Below are positions 8,921-17,656 of a DNA stretch of 64,000 bases, piece after piece. Location: positions 32,001-96,000 of the forward strand of contig JBDHUY010000001.1 in the NCBI GenBank assembly GCA_039809385.1. Reading direction: 5' to 3'. The notes beneath the pieces were generated by a model that was given only the letters and a program-made list of their open reading frames with translations, did no database searches and was not told the origin of the DNA. Numbering within the stretch: the first letter of the stretch is position 1; each line of letters opens with the position of its first letter. The DNA is from Candidatus Altimarinota bacterium. GTDB lineage: Bacteria > Patescibacteriota > Gracilibacteria > JBDHUY01. The position numbers and the translations under genes were made by a program.

Positions 8921-9754
8921 CTACGCTCGTTTCAGAACTTTCCCGAGCAAGGCGAAAAAGGCTGAAACATATTCTCCGAAAGACTTTTTCGCTTTTCCCA
9001 AATAATCAACTTTTACCTGAAAAGTAACGTGATGTTCGCTATATTCATTTGCGATTACCTTCACGCCGACAATCTTTCCATCCGAAAGTTGAATTTTCTT
9101 ATCAATATCACTTTTCGCATATCCGAAATCTATAGAAACGTTATCCAAAATGAGGGGGCCCGAAAGGACTGTAAACTCTACAGAACGGTTTTGAGCATTC
9201 AGAGTATGTTCCTCACTCCCACAGCGAATTTTTACACTACTACGATCAAAGGTTTCAACCGTTTCCGACTGTTTGGAAGCAACATTTGATGGAAGATTCG
9301 GTTGGTTTGAAGGAGCAGCCGGAGTCGAGGCGCTCGGCTGAGAAGGTCTTTCCGAAACAGTATTACCTGGATTTGAAGCGAGCTGATTATTTCTAAGCTC
9401 TTCTTCTTGTCGCTGTCTTACACCCGCCAGAATTTCACCTATAGGAAGAGCATCCACCGATGTTTTATTTCCTTGTCCCCCTTCCAGTCCCGGGAGGGGT
9501 GCAGTCTCATTACCTCTAGAAGTATCTACTGTATCCTTCAGTCTCATCCGTTCAGCTTCAATAGCCTCGGCAATCTCAGATGAATTTAATTCATTAACCG
9601 ATGTCCGATTGGCGTCATCACCTTCTAATCCAGGTAATTGGCTTGTCTCTCGGGACGTTCCCACCAAGTTCTGCGTTCCCTTGTCACCCTGCCCCGGCTC
9701 TTGCGATAAATCCCTTTCTGGTCCTTTTCTAAATCCTGCTGCCATATGATACAT
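8921..9754 (-). CDS. Hypothetical protein, disordered N-terminus with internal duplication
   Basis: Two LPGLEG..NxTSV repeats, a Ser/Pro linker and a beta-rich C-terminal domain. Confidence 0.65.
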   Translation of the reverse strand: MYHMAAGFRKGPERDLSQEPGQGDKGTQNLVGTSRETSQLPGLEGDDANRTSVNELNSSEIAEAIEAERMRLKDTVDTSRGNETAPLPGLEGGQGNKTSVDALPIGEILAGVRQRQEEELRNNQLASNPGNTVSERPSQPSASTPAAPSNQPNLPSNVASKQSETVETFDRSSVKIRCGSEEHTLNAQNRSVEFTVLSGPLILDNVSIDFGYAKSDIDKKIQLSDGKIVGVKVIANEYSEHHVTFQVKVDYLGKAKKSFGEYVSAFFALLGKVLKRA

Positions 9755-9932
9755 ATAAGAATAAAATGTCTCATCCTGAAATCGTAAACCGTACTTTACA
9801 TAACCGGACGAGACCAGAATATACTCGCCACCGCAGAGATTGTAAAGAGTACTTTACGATTTGTGAGAAAAATCACGACAGCTAACAACCCTCCTCATAC
9901 TCGAGCGGGTTTAAAGATCGCAAAAAAGAAAA

Positions 9933-10163
9933 TCAGCTTTCCACTTCGACTGCTTTATTTTCAGATTCGGAAATTGTCCCGGTTGGGTTATTCCAGAATA
10001 AAAGCTGATTCACTTTTTCCACAACGGCATCCACCACCCCAAACGTGCAAAAGATCAAAGCGCCGTACGCTACCTCATATACCTCCTCGATCCGATCAGC
10101 CATTCTCGGCTGCCGCGCAGAGGGAATAAAATATTCAGAATGTTCAATTTTTTCCAAAGCCAT
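9933..10163 (-). CDS. Small hypothetical protein
   Basis: 76-aa ORF co-oriented downstream of murA. Confidence 0.45.
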   Translation of the reverse strand: MALEKIEHSEYFIPSARQPRMADRIEEVYEVAYGALIFCTFGVVDAVVEKVNQLLFWNNPTGTISESENKAVEVES

Positions 10164-10249
10164 ATGTTATAGAAACATCAAAAAAACAATATGCATCTTT
10201 CTCTATCCCCATTCATAATTCATAATTAATCCTTCATAATTTGTATCCG

Positions 10250-11512
10250 CTACTCTACCCGCCGGATATGCGCCCCCAAGGCGCGCAGTTTTTCTTCAAA
10301 CCGCTCGTAGCCCCGGTCGATATACAGCACGTTACTGATCTCTGTCTCGCCTTTGGCCATCAGTGCCGCCAGCACCGTCGCCGTACCGGCGCGCAAGTCC
10401 AGACTCGCCACCGGCACACCTCGCAGTTTGGTCGGACCAACGACGATCGCCTGATGGGGATTCAGGATCTCCACACGAGCTCCCATTTTTTCCAACTCGA
10501 ACAGGTAGTTGAGCCGTCCCTCAAAGAGCGTTTCATGGATCTTCGTAATACCCTCGCACTGGGTCAGCAGTACCGCAAAAGGCGCCTGCAGGTCCGTGGG
10601 AAAACCGGGATAGGTGCGCGATTCGATTTTTTTCAGAGCGGAAAGATGTTCGGAAGGGAAAACGGTGGTACGATCCTCGCCCACGTCAAACCGTACGCCG
10701 ATCTCTTCGAGTTTCTGGAAAAAAGCGTCCAGGTGAGAAGGATCGAAATGAGTCACGGTAACGGTTCCGCCGGTGAGAATTCCGGCCAGGAGAAACGTCC
10801 CGGCCTCCAGGTAATCGGAAACGACGGTATGTTCTATCTCGCCGTTCAGTTGCGCAACTCCGTTGATGGTCAGGTTGTGGGTCCCGACACCTTCGATACG
10901 TGCGCCGGCTTGGTTTAAAAAACGACACAAATCTTCTACGTGCGGTTCGCAGGCGGCCAGGCGAATATGCGTGGTGCCTTGGGCCAGAACCGCGGCCATG
11001 ACGGCATTTTCGGTCCCCGTGACCGAGATTTCGGACATGATGATTTTGTTGCCGGTGAGTCCCTGGGGAGCGCTCACGCGAATCGCCTGCTCTTCTTCGG
11101 TCGTAACTGCGCCCAGTTTGGCAAAGGCGTTCAGATGGCTGTCGATCGGTCGTTTACCGATCACGCAGCCGCCGGGCATGGTGAGCGTCACTGCTCCGAA
11201 GCGCCCCAGCAGCGGGCCGGCGAAGAGCAGAGAAGCGCGCATCTTGCGGGCTTTTTCAGACATGAGATCGGTGGAGTTGACGGCGCTGCAATCGATCGTG
11301 GCTGTATTATTTTCAAACTCGACCGTCGCCCCCAGATGCCGGAGCAGATCGAGCGTCGTTTTCACGTCTTCGATATCGGGGACATTGGTCAGCACCACCT
11401 TCCCCTTGATCAGCAGCGTCGCGCAGAGAATCGGCAACGCCGCGTTTTTGCTTCCTGAAATGGCTACTTCGCCATTCAACACATGACCGCCCTCGACCAG
11501 AAATTTGCTCAT
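10250..11512 (-). CDS. murA: UDP-N-acetylglucosamine 1-carboxyvinyltransferase
   Basis: SGSKNAALPIL, MRAS, PGGCVIGKRPID, YPGFPTDLQ, DLRAG, IDRGYE. Confidence 0.98.
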   Translation of the reverse strand: MSKFLVEGGHVLNGEVAISGSKNAALPILCATLLIKGKVVLTNVPDIEDVKTTLDLLRHLGATVEFENNTATIDCSAVNSTDLMSEKARKMRASLLFAGPLLGRFGAVTLTMPGGCVIGKRPIDSHLNAFAKLGAVTTEEEQAIRVSAPQGLTGNKIIMSEISVTGTENAVMAAVLAQGTTHIRLAACEPHVEDLCRFLNQAGARIEGVGTHNLTINGVAQLNGEIEHTVVSDYLEAGTFLLAGILTGGTVTVTHFDPSHLDAFFQKLEEIGVRFDVGEDRTTVFPSEHLSALKKIESRTYPGFPTDLQAPFAVLLTQCEGITKIHETLFEGRLNYLFELEKMGARVEILNPHQAIVVGPTKLRGVPVASLDLRAGTATVLAALMAKGETEISNVLYIDRGYERFEEKLRALGAHIRRVE

Positions 11513-11587
11513 AGAAAAAAGAGTTACTACCCAAACGGGGGTATTGTAGGGAAAGTGGGGGGAGAAAACAAGAGCGTTATGGATGGC

Positions 11588-13425
11588 TTATGATTTGAAG
11601 TTTTTATGCAGTGAAACAATATTCAAATCGGCATTCAACGTGATTTTTAAAAAGAAATCCGATTCTTTTCCTACGCAACTGATTTCAAAATCTTTGCCTG
11701 TACGTTGTTGAACAAGCTTTATAAGAGGCAGGACGATTTTGCCCTGCATTTCATTTTTGCTTATAGAGTAAGCGGAACGAGGTAAGTCACGGTTACGTAT
11801 CTCATGTTGATCATTTTCAAGTAAGGCATTGAGCAAGGTCACGGTAGCCGTTTGGGAGTGTAGATCTTTACTGGAAACAGATTCACCGGCAATATACATT
11901 TTTTGATCAATCGTATCGAGAACGATATCACATTTCTTTTTTAAAGCTGCTACTTTGTCCAGAGAAATGAGGCTAGAACTTTTTTGATGCATTTCAAACG
12001 TGACAGCTCGCACAGATACGGAATTTACGAATCGTGAAAGGATATTTTCCTCGACATGCTGTTCAACGACGACGCCATCCGAACCGTAACCGTCCTTCCA
12101 ACTGAGATACGTCACATAGCTCTCTGGAAATTCTTCCTGTAGCCGTGGTTCTAGATTTTCAATCGTAGTTCTTTTCGTATTGGTAGGAGTCACAATACCA
12201 ATTGAGCCGCCCAGAGACATATCTTGAAGAGAAAAAACGGCATAGTTAGGGAGAGAACCTCGGATAGATAGAAAATCGATTATTCTGTTTATAAAATCTG
12301 AAAAATATGTTGTTTGCAAAGGGCCACCTGTAAGAGTGAAGTGTCTTTTTTCATTAGTTCGATAAACATCATAACCTGAGTTTCATTATATCCATTCATC
12401 AAGATCTTATGTAGCTGGTCAAATATGAGGAGTGAGGCTATACTTGATACCTCAACTATTCTTTTATGTAAACTTTCCGGTGACATAACCAGATTTTCAA
12501 AAAACTCAGGGACAACTTTCTTAGCCTGAATGTCTTTTTCAAAAAAGTCCCGGACTACGGAATTTAACTTTTCTAAAGTATCATCATAGTGAACTGTTTT
12601 TTGACTTTTAAATTTATTTATTAAGCCTTTACCGGAAAAAATTATAGCCACATCTATTGGCCATAGTATATTTCCGTCTATATCTGGAAATAAATCCCTA
12701 GAATCATACCCCAGGCAAGATACATCTTGTATTGCATGAAAATTCTCTTTATACAAATCATAATCTACATTCGTTACCGTCTTATCGGGCAGATAAATGA
12801 TAGGATACCCACTGGAAGCCAAACCAGAAAAAGCTCCTCCACCCCAAGTAATCCCTCGGGCAATAATATGATTAATTTTCCACGCTAAGAGAAAAACGTT
12901 TTGAAACTCCTGATCACTAGATTCAAGAAGAAATTTGGGAGAAAATGTTTTCCACTCACGGAGTTGATCTGTCTTTTGAGTTCCAAAAAACAAGCCTAAT
13001 ACTACGGACAAGCCCGCAGAGAAGGCACCTTGATGATTCAAGTCATGATCAAATGGAAGCTCTGCTAAGCAATGAATCAAAGCACCTTTACGATTCAAAG
13101 ACTTTGCGTTCTTAAAATAGGCGGTTAGATAATGTACGAGTTCCTCAACTTCAAGAATATATTGGGAAATAGATTCGCTAATAAATTTATTCTGAAGAAA
13201 AGAAAATACAGGGGTAGTTCCGAATTCGATCTTGCCAGTCTCGGTATATTCAATTCCAAGATATATCTTAAGGGGTAATTTTTGTTTAATAACAATTCCC
13301 TTATAATAAACACTATTTGCCGTCATCCAGTCGAACATGAGAGGGCAAGAGACCACAATCGAACACTTAGAGAAAAACTCCTGATACGCTTCACTATAAT
13401 TTTGATGAAGGTAGCTACTATTCAT
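11588..13425 (-). pseudogene. GHMP-kinase-like N-terminal domain plus C-terminal winged-helix protein, split by a 1-nt frameshift
   Basis: ORFs 12289..13425 and 11588..12319 overlap. Adding one A to the A6 run (plus-strand T6 at 12346-12351) fuses them as ..ELMKKRHFTLTGGPLQTTYF.. into about 612 aa. The family assignment is by recollection of a CPR protein family. Confidence 0.6.
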
Positions 13426-13496
13426 AGTTCTATTTTATCTATAGATGATCATAATTGCACTAAATTCAATATTGCAAAAAATAGAAACAGCCTCGA

Positions 13497-14195
13497 TTAA
13501 TCACTCTCACTGTAAGCAATTGCACAGACCTTTCTCGCAAGGATATCCAGTGAGTCATACAAAAGGACAGAAAACATATGATTATTTAAAACCAAAGGAA
13601 GCTCAGTACAACCTAAAACGATACCTTCAGCACCAGAAGCCACCAATTGATCCACAAGCTGATTCAAAAACCGCTTTTGTTCTTCTGTTATAGTACCCGC
13701 TATAATCGACATAATCACCTGTGACAGGATTTTTCGTTCCGATACTGAAGGTATGAGACTCATTATTCCGTTTTTGCCCAAAGTCTCTTGATATATTCCT
13801 GATTCCAAAAGAGTATTGGATCCAAGTATACCGACTTTATGCTTTTTGTCATTGACAATCTGTTCTGCAACAGAATCAATGATTGATAAAAATGGGATGG
13901 AAACGTCCTTAGTATATTCGGACAAAAAAAGATGCATCGTATTGCATACTAGTGTCAAAATATCTGCTCCCGCATTTTGCAGTGCTTTAGCTTCACAGGT
14001 CACCATATCAACAGCTATATTTTGAGCCCCATTATCAGAAATCAAATCGGGAACCGGAAGATTACTGATAATCAAATGTGGAAAATCAGCATTTGCAAAT
14101 GCACAATAAGAACTTTGACTATGAAATAGTACTCGTTCATAAAATTTCAAACTTGCTTGAGGGCCCATTCCACCTAGCACTCCAATCGTTTTCAT
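13497..14195 (-). CDS. Asp/Glu racemase-family amino-acid racemase (RacX/YgeA type)
   Basis: MKTIGVLGGMGPQAS..FY with both catalytic Cys motifs, CNTMH and LGCTELPL. Confidence 0.93.
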   Translation of the reverse strand: MKTIGVLGGMGPQASLKFYERVLFHSQSSYCAFANADFPHLIISNLPVPDLISDNGAQNIAVDMVTCEAKALQNAGADILTLVCNTMHLFLSEYTKDVSIPFLSIIDSVAEQIVNDKKHKVGILGSNTLLESGIYQETLGKNGIMSLIPSVSERKILSQVIMSIIAGTITEEQKRFLNQLVDQLVASGAEGIVLGCTELPLVLNNHMFSVLLYDSLDILARKVCAIAYSESD

Positions 14196-14233
14196 AATGA
14201 TACTGTATTAGGGAAATTATAAATAGCTCAGCA

Positions 14234-15244
14234 CTACATATTTGCAGGGTAAATATCAGATAATCGTTCAGGAGTAAGTCCACATGAAATTAATGCTCCA
14301 ATATCATTTCTGATAGGGCCATCTTTTATTACTTGTAATCCATCCTGATATGCCTTCTTAAAGTCGGCATGACAGAATAAATCTCCCTGCGAAGGATAGG
14401 AGTAATAGGTCGGTCTTGAACCGAGTGAAGTGAGCAGAGGAATTATCGGGTGCGAACTACTTGTATCAGCAGCCTGAGACAATAGCTTAAAAAAAGGTTT
14501 TTCTCCTTCACCTCCAATGGGCATAAGTAGCTCAGGGGATGTTGGAAGATTAGAGCTAAAAGGATATTCAGTCGCGACACCACCGTTGTAGACAACATTA
14601 GCCGCAGCATACACATGATATTGATCCCCACTATTAGAATGGCGCGATTCACTGCGATTGAATACGTCGCTCAAAAGATTTTGCTCTATTAAAGATCTAA
14701 TTCTACCAGCCTCCGATAGTATAGTATTGATTAGACCGGCAGGTTGTTCTTGATGAAAAAAACATAAAACATGATCAGCAATATCCGGGTATAGGTCGAA
14801 GATAAAATTCTTAATATAATTTTCCATCTGTTGAGCATATTCTTGAGCTCTTGCGTAATCTAACTTATTCGTTTTGATAATAAAATCCGTTGCTTGATAG
14901 ATCAGGTAGTAGGGGGCTTCGTTGAGTCTTTTCTTAATACCCCTCAATATTTCCAAACCTGGCAGCAAAAGAGCCGGTAGCCGAACAGGCAGATTTGAGC
15001 AATCCTTAGGCAATCCTAAACCGCTGGTAAGGTAAATATTCGAAAGAGTAATTTTCTTATCGACCAACCTACGGGCCATATTATGAAGAATTGCCCCATG
15101 TTGTTCTGAACAAACAAAGCGTAATGGACCAATTGAGCTAAATGGTATTTTACGACCTAAAAGATAGGCTTGGATTTCATTGCCATTTAGTGCACGGTTA
15201 TTTTGTTCTAGATGATAATCAGATTGATTGTTTATAAAATTCAT
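14234..15244 (-). CDS. Uncharacterised 336-aa protein, possible class Ic aaRS/CDPS-like Rossmann fold
   Basis: Start ATG at 15244 (MNFINNQ), just after the attenuator hairpin. Motif order is IYLTSGLGLP / LIYQATD / YAAANVVY / LMPIGGEGEKPFF. No HIGH or KMSKS motif and no Trp. The ORF is solid; the fold is inference. Confidence 0.6.
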   Translation of the reverse strand: MNFINNQSDYHLEQNNRALNGNEIQAYLLGRKIPFSSIGPLRFVCSEQHGAILHNMARRLVDKKITLSNIYLTSGLGLPKDCSNLPVRLPALLLPGLEILRGIKKRLNEAPYYLIYQATDFIIKTNKLDYARAQEYAQQMENYIKNFIFDLYPDIADHVLCFFHQEQPAGLINTILSEAGRIRSLIEQNLLSDVFNRSESRHSNSGDQYHVYAAANVVYNGGVATEYPFSSNLPTSPELLMPIGGEGEKPFFKLLSQAADTSSSHPIIPLLTSLGSRPTYYSYPSQGDLFCHADFKKAYQDGLQVIKDGPIRNDIGALISCGLTPERLSDIYPANM

Positions 15245-15264
15245 AGAAATAAGACAATAATAAG

Positions 15265-15310
15265 AAGAACTAAATATCTCCTGGTTGCCCAGCAGATATT
15301 GAAAGTTCTT
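15265..15310 (-). terminator. Attenuator 3:4 hairpin
   Basis: AAGAACT-ttc-AATATCT-g-CTGG-GCAA-CCAG-g-AGATATT-t-AGTTCTT followed by a U-rich tail, 20 nt before the ATG. Confidence 0.8.
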
Positions 15311-15330
15311 TAGAAAGATTTCAAAAACGA

Positions 15331-15414
15331 TCAGCATCTACTGTGCATGGTTGATTGCTGCCACCAATGGAAAAAAAGTAGCTGAAACGATAAGGAACAA
15401 ATGTACGAATTCAT
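15331..15414 (-). CDS. Trp-Trp leader peptide (trpL-like)
   Basis: MNSYICSLSFQLLFFHWWQQSTMHSRC*, with tandem TGG TGG at 15361-15366. Below the ORF-track size cutoff. Confidence 0.8.
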   Translation of the reverse strand: MNSYICSLSFQLLFFHWWQQSTMHSRC

Positions 15415-15483
15415 AAAAAGAGGAATCCTTTTTTTCATATATCAAGTGAGTTCATTTTTGCTAGAATAGCAGTTTTCATGAAT

Positions 15484-15750
15484 CTACCTCTTCAACAACC
15501 TCCCCACCACCCCGCTGCCATATTTCAGCTCATGACTCCCACGCGTCACCGTAGCGACTCCGCACTGGAGCCGTTCGGCGATCTCGCGATGAGGAGTCCC
15601 TTGGAGCAGCAAGGAAAAAATCTCGATCCGTTCTGCCACCGCCTCGATCTCCTGCTCCGTCAGCAAATCCTCGACCAGCCCTTTCATCGCCGGTAATGTT
15701 TTAGCCCTAAGCAGCAGCTTAGCCACCTTGGCAGCATCGGAAGATTTCAT
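15484..15750 (-). CDS. trpR: Trp repressor family protein
   Basis: LLTEQE...VAERIEI..LL.QG..HREIA..L.CGVATVTRGS.ELK parallels E. coli TrpR LLTPDE..R..SQREL..GIATITRGS..LK. Confidence 0.88.
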   Translation of the reverse strand: MKSSDAAKVAKLLLRAKTLPAMKGLVEDLLTEQEIEAVAERIEIFSLLLQGTPHREIAERLQCGVATVTRGSHELKYGSGVVGRLLKR

Positions 15751-15769
15751 AAAACCGAGGAAAAAGAAC

Positions 15770-15805
15770 GTACTCGTATACTAGTACATAGAACTTCGAA
15801 GTCAA
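15770..15805 (-). promoter_or_regulatory. TrpR operator overlapping a sigma70 promoter
   Basis: GTACTCGTATACTAGTAC (15770-15787) matches the symmetric Trp box GTACTAGTTAACTAGTAC at 15 of 18 positions. On the minus strand, TTGACT (15800-15805)-N16-TAGTAT (15778-15783). Confidence 0.85.
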
Positions 15806-15852
15806 GAAAAATAAAACATTCGGACAGAATGCGGGAACGTTTGGGGGAACCT

Positions 15853-16058
15853 AGGGAATACACAAATGCCTATCCTTTCTGCATTATGAACCTAATAGAC
15901 TTTCGACTGCTTCCTGGGGCAGACACATAGGTCTGCGCCCTACATTGGGGAATGACTGGAAAATACACAAACGCCTACCGCCCCTCCGCTTTATAGACTT
16001 TATGAACTTTACGGACTTTCGACTATTCCCCGGGCAGACACATGGGTCCGCACCCTAC
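15853..16058. repeat. Tandem pair of ~95-bp units, each ending in a GTAG-type REP
   Basis: GGGCAGACACATAGGTCTGCGCCCTAC (15917-15943) and GGGCAGACACATGGGTCCGCACCCTAC (16032-16058), each preceded by AATACACAAA.GCCTA ... GACTTTCGACT. Confidence 0.8.
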
Positions 16059-16079
16059 TACAGGAACACCTGGGTCCCA

Positions 16080-17426
16080 TTATTCGTCGTACACCCGCTG
16101 CGTCTCCATATCGTAAAACCGCATCTCTTCCTTTTTAAACATCAGTTCCACGCGACCGGTCGGTCCGTTACGATGCTTGCGGATATAGATATCGGTAATC
16201 CCCTTACGAGTGCTGTCTTCCTCGTAATAATCTTCGCGGTACATCATCAGCACGACGTCGGCGTCCTGCTCGATCGAACCCGATTCGCGCAAATCAGCCA
16301 GAATCGGAATCTTGCCCGGACGGTTCTCGACCGCGCGGGAAAGCTGGGAGAGCGCGATAACAGGCACCGCCAGTTCGCGCGCCAGCGCTTTGAGAGAACG
16401 CGAAATTTCGGAAATTTCCTGAACCCGGTTGTTGGGATTGTTGCCGGAAATAAGCTGCAGGTAATCGATAATGATCAGATCGAGTCCGTGCTCGATCTGG
16501 AGACGTCGGGCCTTGGATTTGATTTCCATCACCGAGAACGCGGCCGAATCGTCGATAAAGATACGCGAGGAAGCCAGTTCGTCCATGACCTGTCCCAGCC
16601 GCGAAAAATCGTCGTCGGAGAGCTCTCCGCGATGCAGTTTCCACGAGTCGACCCTGAGCAGCGAGGCAAACATACGATCGACCAGCTGTTCTTTGGACAT
16701 TTCGAGCGAAAAGATCCCCACGGTCTTTTTGGCGCCGATTCCGATATTCTGGGCAAAATTGAGCGCGAACGAAGTTTTTCCCATACTGGGACGGGCTGCC
16801 ACGATAATCAGGTCGCCGCGTTTGAAACCGCTAAGCGCCTTATTCAGCGTGGCGAAACCGGTCGGGATGCCCCTGACCTGCGATTTGTCCTCGGTATCGT
16901 GCAGTTCGGCAAATTCCTCGTAGCGCTGCCGCAGAATATCCTTGATATGGATAAACTGGTTTTTGATAAACGTCTGGGTGACGTTAAACAGCGACTTCTC
17001 GGCTTCGTCCAAGAGATGTTCGATCTCCTGGTCTTCCTGAAAGCCGAGCTGGGCAATCTTCGAACCCGAGGAGATCAGTTTACGTAAGGTAGACTTGGTT
17101 TTGATGATCAGGGCGTACTCCACCAGATGGGAGGTCGTGGCGACATAGGTCGTCAATTCGGCGATATACGTCTGCCCGCCGACCGTTTCAAGCTGTTTGT
17201 TGTTTTTCAGTTCTTCGGTCACGGTAAGCAAATCGATGGGTACCCGTCGGTCATACAATGTCAGCATGGCCCCGAAAATCAGCTGGTGGGCGTCGGCATA
17301 AAAGTCTTCGGCTTTGACCACGTCGGCCACATTGATCATGGCGTCTTTTTCGATCAGGATCCCCCCCAGAACGCTGCGTTCGGCTTCATCGCTGTGGGGC
17401 GGAATGCGGGAAGTGATGTCGGACAT
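16080..17426 (-). CDS. dnaB: Replicative DNA helicase
   Basis: PPHS.EAE.SVLG, AARPSMGKT, FSLEMS, IDYLQL, LSQLSR, DLRESGSIEQDAD, KHRNGPTG. Confidence 0.98.
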   Translation of the reverse strand: MSDITSRIPPHSDEAERSVLGGILIEKDAMINVADVVKAEDFYADAHQLIFGAMLTLYDRRVPIDLLTVTEELKNNKQLETVGGQTYIAELTTYVATTSHLVEYALIIKTKSTLRKLISSGSKIAQLGFQEDQEIEHLLDEAEKSLFNVTQTFIKNQFIHIKDILRQRYEEFAELHDTEDKSQVRGIPTGFATLNKALSGFKRGDLIIVAARPSMGKTSFALNFAQNIGIGAKKTVGIFSLEMSKEQLVDRMFASLLRVDSWKLHRGELSDDDFSRLGQVMDELASSRIFIDDSAAFSVMEIKSKARRLQIEHGLDLIIIDYLQLISGNNPNNRVQEISEISRSLKALARELAVPVIALSQLSRAVENRPGKIPILADLRESGSIEQDADVVLMMYREDYYEEDSTRKGITDIYIRKHRNGPTGRVELMFKKEEMRFYDMETQRVYDE

Positions 17427-17656
17427 AGATAGAAAAAAGCTAAAAAACTTGTGCTAAGCGTAGCGAACGCATCAAAAGTTAAATCTGGAAGGCAAAACTT
17501 CTTGAGCATCCCGAGGATCCTTCATCGGGCGCTCTCTCTTTCAAAAGGAAGCTCAAGAAAGCCATCCTTACCCCAAGATACTTCTCATTTTCTGCCAAAG
17601 CAGAGTAAGTGTAACCAAAAGTAACAAAAAGGCAAATGGGAAAAGCAGGTGGCTTT

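Noticed and set aside
12343-12354. Canonical A AAA AAG -1 slippery site
   Set aside because: The codon phase is ATG AAA AAA GAC, so the heptamer is not in the X XXY YYZ register.
15245-15337. ORF-track N-terminal extension of the 367-aa ORF
   Set aside because: It runs through the attenuator hairpin; ATG 15244 has the typical TTCT-ATG context.
15945-17087. 380-aa plus-strand ORF and other long shadow ORFs opposite murA, lysS, recJ and the ATPase
   Set aside because: They are antisense to well-conserved genes, carry no motifs, and are expected from codon bias.
17497-17562. Riboswitch or ncRNA upstream of dnaB (CTTCTTGAGC...GCTCAAGAAAG stem)
   Set aside because: The stem is real but I could not match any known RNA motif; an Rfam search would be needed.
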